A DNA stretch of 18,570 bases from Promethearchaeota archaeon (GTDB lineage: Archaea; Asgardarchaeota; Lokiarchaeia; Sigyniarchaeales; SOKP01), in NCBI GenBank assembly GCA_008080735.1, contig SHMW01000019.1, forward strand, positions 1 through 18,570. Direction: 5' to 3'. Under the pieces are notes generated by a model. The model ran no database searches and was not told where the DNA came from. It saw nothing but the letters and a program-made list of their open reading frames with translations. Of the stretch, positions 8,329-16,307 are shown one piece after another; position 1 is the first letter of the stretch, and every line of letters starts with the position of its first letter. The translations under genes and the position numbers were made by a program.

Positions 8329-9063
8329 TTAATTCAATTTATTTATTTTAGTGGCAGCTTCCTCAATCAAAAGAGTTGCCATTCCTAATGGGGTATTTCT
8401 TCTAATTAAGGCCGACAGAACCATGTTCTCATTTATTTTATATAAAATTAAATGTCGACCCTCATATGAGAGTATAATTTGATCTAGTAAGTATTTTTTC
8501 GATTTCCAGAATGCATCGATTTGCCGTAAACAAAGTTCTAAAAAATCACGCTTCCATTCTTTTGTTAACGGAACTCCCGAACCAGAAATTAAATCGGAAT
8601 CTAATATCTCTGAGTTGGATCTGAATTCTTCTAGTATCTCTACATAACGCGCCCTCATCCCGTCAGATATTCCTAAATTAGATCGAGAATCTATTATACT
8701 ATCAACTATTTGTTCGATACCCGGCAAATCATCTTCAGTAATTAGTTCATTGTTCAGTTTCAACTTATATTCTGAATAAATCTTTTCCTTTAAATATTCT
8801 AAATTTTCTTTTACATTTATGATACTGTCAATCTTATCAAATATTGCTACATAAATAAGATCTTCATCTTTATTACTTTCAAATAAGAGCCGATATGGTC
8901 CTAATTCTAGATCTTGAATATCTGCTTTGAAAAGTTGTTGAGTGAAGTTAAACAATGCAGAAATGAACCCGCTAGTCAAGATTTCATTCCAGGCGATATC
9001 ACTATAAGTTCTTGAATAAATTTTTTCCCCGCTACGTCTTAATATTAAAATACTATGAATCAT
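8329..9063 (-). CDS. Longin-like domain fused to a roadblock/LC7 domain
   Basis: N-terminus MIHSILILRRSGEKIYSRTY...LTSGFISALFNF is longin-like; C-terminal half (LISGSGVPL...HLILYKINENMVLSALIRRNTPLGMATLLIEEAATKI) is roadblock-like. Confidence 0.7.
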   Translation of the reverse strand: MIHSILILRRSGEKIYSRTYSDIAWNEILTSGFISALFNFTQQLFKADIQDLELGPYRLLFESNKDEDLIYVAIFDKIDSIINVKENLEYLKEKIYSEYKLKLNNELITEDDLPGIEQIVDSIIDSRSNLGISDGMRARYVEILEEFRSNSEILDSDLISGSGVPLTKEWKRDFLELCLRQIDAFWKSKKYLLDQIILSYEGRHLILYKINENMVLSALIRRNTPLGMATLLIEEAATKINKLN

Positions 9064-9117
9064 GGTTAGAAGTATCTTTTTTCTAATTTAGAATTAATGA
9101 AATGAGTTTATGCAAAA

Positions 9118-9588
9118 TCATTGAATTTCTATCTTGAAAACACAGCATGCGTTTCCTTCCGAAATTAAGTCTTCACTTTGGAACTTTATATTTCCGAAAG
9201 CGTTCTTAGCGGTTTCATCTATTAAGCCTTCAGTATATGTACAGTAAAATTTTTCAGAAATATCTATACCTGCTCTTTTAAAGGGACATATTCTCACACT
9301 TACAGTTAATTGATTTCCTTCAACTTTTATGTCAGATTGTCCTTTTCCTAATGCGGGATCTAATACATCTTCCACAAATTTTTCTGCAAATAACTCGGGT
9401 GTCCATTCATCCACATTGAATTTATCTCTCATACGGTTTTCGATTGCTTTTCCTCGACGCTCTCCTATCAATCGAAATATTGTTTGAATGGATTCTGGAC
9501 CCATCACCTTGTCTAATTCTTCCATAGTCATTCGAAACATCGACGCGATAAATTTCAATTGATCTAATTCTTTCTCTTTATCACTCAT
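9118..9588 (-). CDS. V4R / MetOD1-type (H-NOX/Bet3 fold) domain protein
   Basis: MGPE....IFRLIGERRG helix pair, CPF (C101), FYCTYTEGLI (C116), ISEGNACCVFKI (C148/C149). Confidence 0.75.
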   Translation of the reverse strand: MSDKEKELDQLKFIASMFRMTMEELDKVMGPESIQTIFRLIGERRGKAIENRMRDKFNVDEWTPELFAEKFVEDVLDPALGKGQSDIKVEGNQLTVSVRICPFKRAGIDISEKFYCTYTEGLIDETAKNAFGNIKFQSEDLISEGNACCVFKIEIQ

Positions 9589-9592
9589 ACTC

Positions 9593-9967
9593 TCATTCCT
9601 CTATTTTAAATAATTCACTTATACTATTACTTGTCTCTTCCATCTCTAAAGTGATCAAACCTATGTTTGGTTCTTTATTTGTTATAACCGCTAATATAAC
9701 TCGTCCGGCACGTTTTAGAAACATATTACCTTTATCGAGCTCTAAATTTAAACTTTGGAATGTACCATTAAATAATGCTTCTGCGGTTCTTTTGGAAGTT
9801 CCTAACAAAGCTGCAGACATTGCAGCAATCATACGTTGATTTGACTCCTCGGGTAAGGCTGATGCCACAACTAATCCATTTGTTCTGATTACAGCCGATC
9901 CAATAATATCAGGAACTTTTTCCTCTAAATTTTCTAAAAGTTTCAGAACCTCATCTATTTTACTCAT
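9593..9967 (-). CDS. Roadblock/LC7 (MglB-like) domain protein
   Basis: VPDIIGSAVIRTNGLVVASALP...IAAMSAALLG...NIGLITLEM: canonical roadblock pattern; AAGGGG upstream of ATG. Confidence 0.93.
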   Translation of the reverse strand: MSKIDEVLKLLENLEEKVPDIIGSAVIRTNGLVVASALPEESNQRMIAAMSAALLGTSKRTAEALFNGTFQSLNLELDKGNMFLKRAGRVILAVITNKEPNIGLITLEMEETSNSISELFKIEE

Positions 9968-10061
9968 ATTAATTCCCCTTGATATGTAGTAAATAATGAA
10001 AAAATAAATCCTATTGAAAATAAGTTAATTATTATATCTAAATTTTAACTAATTTAGAATA

Positions 10062-10069
10062 TTTATATA
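10062..10069. promoter_or_regulatory. TATA-box candidate (TTTATATA) in the divergent intergenic region
   Basis: Matches archaeal TTTAWATA about 40 nt upstream of the TTG at 10109; background is AT-rich so specificity is limited. Confidence 0.4.
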
Positions 10070-10108
10070 GTTGGGTTCAAATTATTATGTATTTTTAATA
10101 AATAACAT

Positions 10109-12019
10109 TTGGAATTATTTGTGAATAGCTCGAAAAATATACTGAAAAATGTGGAAGTTTATCCACAACACGTCAAGGTTAGAAAAAAATGCGCAATTTC
10201 GGTAAAATTTACTATTAATATAGAACTTCCTAAATATTCCTTTCTGATATTTAGATTGCGTGGAGGGCGTAATAACAAAAATGATTGGTATTTTCTCCAA
10301 CCCTATGATGCAAATAAAAATGGATTTATTGAACTTTTCCTCCAAAAAAGAAAACATTTAATTCCAATAACAATCACGGGAAAAGAGTTAATGATCAAAT
10401 ACCTTATACTTGATTCTGAGGGCATAGAAAAAGAGACAGAAATTAACTTAATACTAAAGGATACTTTAGCGCAATCTATTGTAGAAAAAAACAAAAAAAT
10501 TGAGGTTTTGATTAAGTATCCAGGTAAGCAAGAAATTCTTTTAGAGAACCTTCCCACGATTCAAGTTGTCAGTGAAAATTTTGACCACATTAATATTATC
10601 GCTCCATCAATTATCAACTTGGATGAAACTTTTGATTGTATTCTGCGTTTTGAAGACAGGTTTAATAATCTAATCGAAAATTTTTCAGGTCAAATCAAAA
10701 TCATTTGTAAAGAAGATAAAAACGGAACCGAATCTTTCTGTATTAAGACGCTCATTAATAAAGAAAATGAGGGTTATGTGAAAATATCCGGTCTAAAAAT
10801 TAATCATTTGGGTGTTTATTATTTAGAAGTTTTATATGCCAACGCATCTTTTAAATCTAATCCCATCTTAAGCAAATCAGACCAAGATTTCACTCTAAAC
10901 CTTTATTGGGGATATATTCATGGACACAGTAATAAAAGCGACGGAATGAGAACGATATATGAATATTATGAGAATCTCATCAAAGCAGGACTTGATTTTG
11001 GAACATCTACGGAGCATGATAGATTGTATGAAACATCTGATAAAGATTTTGCAGAAATAAAACAATTAATAGAAAAATATAATAAAAGAGAGGAATTCGC
11101 CTCTTTGTTCGGATATGAATATGGGACATGGTATACGGGTTATGGAGATATTTGTATTTATCATTATCATAATAGAATTCCTATTTTTCGCTCTGAAATA
11201 AATAAATATAATTCTACGCCAAAACTTATTAAAAATTTACAAAAATATAAAAACAAAGCCCTTATGATAGGACATCACACGGCATTAAGACCCGGGCATC
11301 GTAATTGGGAATATTTTGATGATTCACTCGAAAAACTAGTAGAAATTTATTCCACGTGGGGTAATCAAGAATATGCGTATTCAAAAGGAAATCCACTTCC
11401 ACCTCGATATAAATTTTTTGGTTATGGAAAATATGCACGTAAAAGAGGGGCAATATTGGGTAAGAAAGGATGCTATGTGACAGATGCACTTCAGAGAGGG
11501 TATAAACTCGGGTTTGTTGCGGGGGGTGATGACCACTTTGGAGCTTTTCCCTCTGGAAACGTGGATCTCGATAATGGGATTTATCCTTCGGGAATAATGG
11601 CAATCTGGGCCAAACAGCTTGATCATGATGAGTTATGGAAGGCTCTTATAAATAGGAAGTGTTATGGTACTACGGGACCAAGAATAATTCTTAAATTCGT
11701 GATTAATGAATTTTTTATGGGAGATATCGTATCTTTAAATGATTATATATGGCTAAAAGAAGAACGGCTTATAGAATTGAATATTATCAGTCCTATAAAG
11801 ATTGAAAAAATTGAGATAATTAGAAATAATAAAGTTTTCCATCATATATCTGTTCAAGATAACAGCGTGGATCTAAAATTCCATGATAAAGAAGATTTTG
11901 AAAGTATCTGTTTAGATCATTCAAGAAAAAAAGAAAAATTTCTGTATTATTATCCAAGGATTTTTATGGCGGATACCAATATGGCATGGGCAAGTCCAAT
12001 TTGGATAATTAAAAATTAA
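10109..12019 (+). CDS. DUF3604 / CehA-McbA-like PHP-fold metallohydrolase with N-terminal beta-rich domains
   Basis: LYWGYIHGHS, TEHD, FGYEY, GHH, VEIYSTWG, GFVAGGDDH, LWKAL..RKCYGTTG.RI and terminal AWASPIW motifs. Confidence 0.8.
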   Translation: MELFVNSSKNILKNVEVYPQHVKVRKKCAISVKFTINIELPKYSFLIFRLRGGRNNKNDWYFLQPYDANKNGFIELFLQKRKHLIPITITGKELMIKYLILDSEGIEKETEINLILKDTLAQSIVEKNKKIEVLIKYPGKQEILLENLPTIQVVSENFDHINIIAPSIINLDETFDCILRFEDRFNNLIENFSGQIKIICKEDKNGTESFCIKTLINKENEGYVKISGLKINHLGVYYLEVLYANASFKSNPILSKSDQDFTLNLYWGYIHGHSNKSDGMRTIYEYYENLIKAGLDFGTSTEHDRLYETSDKDFAEIKQLIEKYNKREEFASLFGYEYGTWYTGYGDICIYHYHNRIPIFRSEINKYNSTPKLIKNLQKYKNKALMIGHHTALRPGHRNWEYFDDSLEKLVEIYSTWGNQEYAYSKGNPLPPRYKFFGYGKYARKRGAILGKKGCYVTDALQRGYKLGFVAGGDDHFGAFPSGNVDLDNGIYPSGIMAIWAKQLDHDELWKALINRKCYGTTGPRIILKFVINEFFMGDIVSLNDYIWLKEERLIELNIISPIKIEKIEIIRNNKVFHHISVQDNSVDLKFHDKEDFESICLDHSRKKEKFLYYYPRIFMADTNMAWASPIWIIKN

Positions 12020-12162
12020 TCTCTATGATAATTTCTCCGAAAGAAGTGTGTCTCATAATTTTCAGAAGAAACAAAATAATTAGAAACCTTTATCATCCAA
12101 AATGAATAAATTAATAAAAGAGTCGTGTTTATACTCGATTAAGGCTTTACTTCAAACAAACA

Positions 12163-12170
12163 TTTATATA
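12163..12170 (+). promoter_or_regulatory. TATA-box candidate upstream of the small zinc-ribbon ORF
   Basis: TTTATATA preceded by an A-rich BRE-like stretch (caaacaaaca), 57 nt upstream of ATG 12228. Confidence 0.45.
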
Positions 12171-12227
12171 AAAATATTTTCTCTTTTATTATGAAGAGAA
12201 TTTTCAGACTATATTAAATTGGTAATA

Positions 12228-12386
12228 ATGACTGCTCAAGATATTAAAATACAAGACCAAGAAACGTGCGAAAAATGTGCTAGTAAGATGATAGTGAGGA
12301 AAATGTCTATTAGAGACAATGGTACAGTCCACTGGAAAAAAATAAAGCAATGTATTGCGTGCAGGCACTGGAGACCAATAGATTAG
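12228..12386 (+). CDS. Small 52-aa C4 zinc-ribbon protein (not in ORF track)
   Basis: Hand translation: MTAQDIKIQDQETCEKCASKMIVRKMSIRDNGTVHWKKIKQCIACRHWRPID*; CxxC-x24-CxxC; fills an otherwise empty 462-bp gap; upstream TATA candidate. Confidence 0.8.
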   Translation: MTAQDIKIQDQETCEKCASKMIVRKMSIRDNGTVHWKKIKQCIACRHWRPID

Positions 12387-12481
12387 AAATAAATCTACTC
12401 CTTTTCAGATTCGAATAGATAGAATCTTTATATGATTTTTTATTACCCTAAATAGTAATTACCAAATTTTTACTATAGTGA

Positions 12482-13444
12482 ATGTTAACTTGGAATAATC
12501 TCACAGATGGAATATCTTTAGTTAAAGAACGTTCCAATAGAACTAATCGCCTTAATAGTTTGATAATTGAAGACCACGAAGGTCCCGATATTTTAATAGA
12601 TTCAAATTATCCTTTTGATGACATAGATCAACTCTATTCAAGGATAGATGCTCCTGCAAAATTATTATGCTCTCATGGACATCTAGATCATACGGCCCAT
12701 GCATTCTATCATCTAAATAAATATAAAACACAGATAGTTTGTCCGATTCAAGAAAAGGATTATTTAACAAATTTCGAACACTTGTTGGATATTATCGGTT
12801 TTAAAAAGTTAAATTTAGATTCTAAATATAGGATGATGACCAAAGAGTATATGAAATTCTCTGAATGTGAAGAAGTTTCCACATTCTCTCCGGGGAAGGA
12901 CAATTTTCAAACAAATCATTATAAAATTGAGTCCATACACATCCCGGGACATTCTCCCGGTCATACAGCATTTTCAATTCAATCCTTTAATAACAAATCC
13001 ACACCAATACTATTTGTATCAGATATTGGAAGTCATCCATATTATGGGGATTTAAATAGTAATTTGACAGAGTATCGAAATTCAATAGATAAGTTAGAAA
13101 AAATTTACCTATCTAAAAACTATTTTCTAATACCTGCTCACGGAAATTATTATTTGGAAAGAGAAGATGACTTCTTTGAACGTATAAGACAGAAAATCAA
13201 TAAAAATAAAAAAAAAATTTTAGCATCTTTAAAAAGAGATGCTTTTCTCTCAATTAAAGAATTAGTTGAGATGAGGATATTAACTCCACCGGAAAGGATT
13301 TTCCAACCTATCAAAGACCTATACTATTTATGGGATGGTGGAATGATATTCAATCATATGAGGGAATTGCTTAAAGAGGATGAAGTTCAAGAGATAAAGG
13401 GTGAAACTTTTTTACAAAATAAATATAAACTAAAATTGGTCTAA
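12482..13444 (+). CDS. Metallo-beta-lactamase fold hydrolase, probably with C-terminal winged-helix extension
   Basis: ILID, SHGHLDH, IPGHSPGH, LFVSD, IPAHG metal-binding motifs. Confidence 0.88.
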   Translation: MLTWNNLTDGISLVKERSNRTNRLNSLIIEDHEGPDILIDSNYPFDDIDQLYSRIDAPAKLLCSHGHLDHTAHAFYHLNKYKTQIVCPIQEKDYLTNFEHLLDIIGFKKLNLDSKYRMMTKEYMKFSECEEVSTFSPGKDNFQTNHYKIESIHIPGHSPGHTAFSIQSFNNKSTPILFVSDIGSHPYYGDLNSNLTEYRNSIDKLEKIYLSKNYFLIPAHGNYYLEREDDFFERIRQKINKNKKKILASLKRDAFLSIKELVEMRILTPPERIFQPIKDLYYLWDGGMIFNHMRELLKEDEVQEIKGETFLQNKYKLKLV

Positions 13445-13463
13445 TTTTAATTAACTTATAACT

Positions 13464-14876
13464 ATGTCTAAAATCAAAATTGCAATTGTAGGGGCTGGGT
13501 CTGCAGGTCTATTTGCGGCAAATGAAATTGGAAAACAGTTGGGAAAAGAAGTCGAAATTAAGATTTTCGATGCAGGACCTCCCATTGAAAAGAGGATTTG
13601 TCCTCAAAAAGAAGAATTTGAGTGCGCTCAATGTGATCCTTGCCGGATTATGAGCGGAATTGGAGGCGCAGGTGTCTGGTCCTCAGGAATTCTGAATTTT
13701 AATAAAAAAATAGGTGGTGATTTAGAAAAATTATGTAGCGCAATAGATCTCGAGGTTGAACAAGTAATACAGCAAATTGATTATCTTTTTTTAGAAAATG
13801 GCGCTCCTGATAAAATTTTTGATCCTTATCGAAATAAGGAAGAATTAAAAGATTTGCGACGTAAATGTGCGGCTGTGGATGTGAGATTTGTTCCCATTAG
13901 ACAACGCTTGTTAGGTTCAAAAAATACGCCTAAAATCATAAAATCTATTCAAAATTCTTTAGAAACTAAATATGATATACAGTTCTTTCCAAATACTAAA
14001 ATCCCCGCTTTTGATAAAGATAAGAACCTATATTTTGCAAATAATAAGAAGGAACAATTTGATTATATATTATTAGCTCCTGGAAGATGGGGAATGATCT
14101 GGCTTTCTGAACAATGTGAAAAATTGGGAATTAAAACATTTTACAAAGCTCTTGACATTGGAGTAAGAGTAGAAGTCCCCTCAATTATATTAGACGAGAT
14201 TTGTGAGAAAGTACAACGAGATCCTAAATTTCATATAATTACCCCTAAATATAAGGATTTCATTAGAACTTTCTGTGTGAACCATAAAGGATACGTTGTG
14301 AAAGAGAATTATGAGGAGAATGTAGTAGGGGTAAATGGTCATCAAATCTCCCTCAATGGGGATTCTGATAACTCAAATTTTGCATTTCTAATTAGACAGA
14401 AACTTACAAGTCCATTGGAAGATACTACAAAATATGGGAGATCAATTGCTTTACAAACTTCTATTTTGGGTGGATATAAACCATTAATACAAACGTTAGG
14501 AGACTTGCGAGATGGTCACCGTTCAAGAAGATCATTGATAAAGAGAAATCCAGTACAACCAACTCTTAACGATTTCACTCCAGGAGACATTGCGATGGCC
14601 TATCCTTATCGCTTTATTACAGATATTTTAGAAGGTTTAGAAATTTTAGATAATGTTATCCCTGGTGTTAATAACAATAGCACTTTAATTTATGCTCCTG
14701 AATTCAAAAGAAGTGCAAAAAAGGTAAATACAAATGAATACTTAGAATCAAAGGAAATCGATGGGATTTTTTTTGCAGGAGATGGTGCTGGCATGTCAAG
14801 AGGAATAGTAGCTGCGGCTCTAACTGGTATAATTGCCGCAAAAGGTATTCTAAACAAAATCATAAATAATCAATAG
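13464..14876 (+). CDS. COG2509-type NAD(P)/FAD-dependent oxidoreductase with N-terminal Cys cluster
   Basis: IAIVGAGSAG, CP-x6-CAQCDPC, GIGGAG.WS.G, APGR.G, DIGVRVE, RTFC.N..G.V, N.NFA, YAPE.K, FAGDGAGMSRGI. Confidence 0.88.
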   Translation: MSKIKIAIVGAGSAGLFAANEIGKQLGKEVEIKIFDAGPPIEKRICPQKEEFECAQCDPCRIMSGIGGAGVWSSGILNFNKKIGGDLEKLCSAIDLEVEQVIQQIDYLFLENGAPDKIFDPYRNKEELKDLRRKCAAVDVRFVPIRQRLLGSKNTPKIIKSIQNSLETKYDIQFFPNTKIPAFDKDKNLYFANNKKEQFDYILLAPGRWGMIWLSEQCEKLGIKTFYKALDIGVRVEVPSIILDEICEKVQRDPKFHIITPKYKDFIRTFCVNHKGYVVKENYEENVVGVNGHQISLNGDSDNSNFAFLIRQKLTSPLEDTTKYGRSIALQTSILGGYKPLIQTLGDLRDGHRSRRSLIKRNPVQPTLNDFTPGDIAMAYPYRFITDILEGLEILDNVIPGVNNNSTLIYAPEFKRSAKKVNTNEYLESKEIDGIFFAGDGAGMSRGIVAAALTGIIAAKGILNKIINNQ

Positions 14877-15011
14877 GAAATTGTAAGAAAGAAGAGAAAA
14901 AATTTTTAAATTCGAAATAACACATAATAAAACTAGTAGTTAATTTTATTTCAAATATTAGATTAATGTATAAAAATATAGAAATAGAAAGAAAATTATA
15001 AGGAATTAAAA

Positions 15012-16163
15012 ATGTCCAAACGAATAGGGAGCATAGATTTTTTTCGCGGGTTCTGTATGTTTTTAATGTTAATAGGACATATTGCTCTTTGGCTTGTTGT
15101 ACCGGCGGATTTCAGAGCACAAGAGTTTATTTGGATTGCGCTCGAACCTATCGCGAAAGGAACGGGATTTATACTAATCTCAGGCACGAGCATTGCTCTT
15201 TCTTTATCAGGAAAATCTGGTGGTTTTGAGAACGCGGATAAAGAAACTAAAAGACTTATGCGAAATACCGCTTATCTTCGAGCTTTATTACTCCTCTGTG
15301 TTGCTTTAATTTTTAATGTAGGCCTCCTTTTCACTAATCCAGAGGCAAAAATATATGATTGGTGGATATTATTTACCTTATCTATTTGTTTGATGTTCAC
15401 TTGGCCTTTAATGAAATTAACGATAAACTCTAGATTGATAATTGGAGTAATGCTGCTAGTGTTTGATTATTTCTTTTTTCAATACCTTAATGCAAATTTA
15501 AATAATTCACCAATTTATGCAGATTTAATGGAATTCTTTTTCCCTTCGGATACGAGACAAAATCCAATACTTTCATTTTTCCCATTCTATTTATTTGGAA
15601 CTATAATTGGATCTTTGCTCACAGAAGTAAATTTCTATGAAGGATCAACAGAAGATTTTGTAAGAAAGGTCACTTTACCTGTGGGACTACCTTCCGTTGG
15701 CTTTTTAATATTCGGGATTCTTTTTAATTTTCCTGGTTTTTTGGTTACAAATAGCTTTTCGTATATCATTTACGCTATTGGACTTAATAGTTTGCTTGTT
15801 ACCGTCCTTTTAACGATTGATAAAATAACCAATTTTAACTTTAATTCAAAATACAGCCCACTCTTCTATTATTCGTTCTATTCCCTAACCTTTTATTTAT
15901 TACATTATATAATTATGTTTTTCCCTCCCAATATTCTAAATGGGATTACTTTTTGGATAGTTGTGGTTATACTTAATGTGGTGTTAATGTTTATTTTTAA
16001 TTTGATTTATAGAAAAATAAAGGGATTATTTTCTTTGAAATATCTCGTAAGCGCTGGTGGGTTATATTTTGCAATTAAGATTGAAGAAAAATTTTATAAC
16101 ATTACAACTTATGCCGATATTTCATTTATAGATAGGTTAAAAATGAACATTAGCTCAGATTAA
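15012..16163 (+). CDS. DUF1624 / HGSNAT-like membrane acyltransferase, paralog 1
   Basis: RIGSIDFFRGFCMFLMLIGH, FILISG.S, RALLL, P...FFPF..FG, YSLTFYLLHY; polytopic membrane protein. Confidence 0.8.
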   Translation: MSKRIGSIDFFRGFCMFLMLIGHIALWLVVPADFRAQEFIWIALEPIAKGTGFILISGTSIALSLSGKSGGFENADKETKRLMRNTAYLRALLLLCVALIFNVGLLFTNPEAKIYDWWILFTLSICLMFTWPLMKLTINSRLIIGVMLLVFDYFFFQYLNANLNNSPIYADLMEFFFPSDTRQNPILSFFPFYLFGTIIGSLLTEVNFYEGSTEDFVRKVTLPVGLPSVGFLIFGILFNFPGFLVTNSFSYIIYAIGLNSLLVTVLLTIDKITNFNFNSKYSPLFYYSFYSLTFYLLHYIIMFFPPNILNGITFWIVVVILNVVLMFIFNLIYRKIKGLFSLKYLVSAGGLYFAIKIEEKFYNITTYADISFIDRLKMNISSD

Positions 16164-16307
16164 TTAACGTAAAACGTAATTTTCTTATCTATTCTAAAGA
16201 ATTATTTCATCAAAAAAAATCTTAAATGCAATATCCAATTAAAGAGTAATTTATATATTTTATTCTTAATTATATTTCTAAACGGTTTATTATTGAGTTT
16301 TATCATT

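Noticed and set aside
9094-9120. Possible selenocysteine read-through of the V4R gene's TGA (would add U-F-C-I-N-S-F-H)
   Set aside because: The domain is already complete at the stop, the extension is short and no SECIS-like element was seen.
12024-12057. Weak hairpin starting with ATGA after the DUF3604 gene, SECIS-like at first glance
   Set aside because: Poor pairing, no matching GA on the 3' arm, and no nearby gene with an in-frame TGA.
312-15193. Short overlapping ORFs in the track (312-503, 912-1202, 2325-2540, 3140-3394, 3712-4083, 4618-4971, 5949-6149, 6441-6740, 7224-7484, 8125-8388, 9651-9839, 10115-10357, 10303-10557, 11262-11603, 11381-11626, 12552-12770, 12867-13055, 14996-15193)
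   Set aside because: Antisense or off-frame shadows of well-supported genes, with no recognisable motifs.
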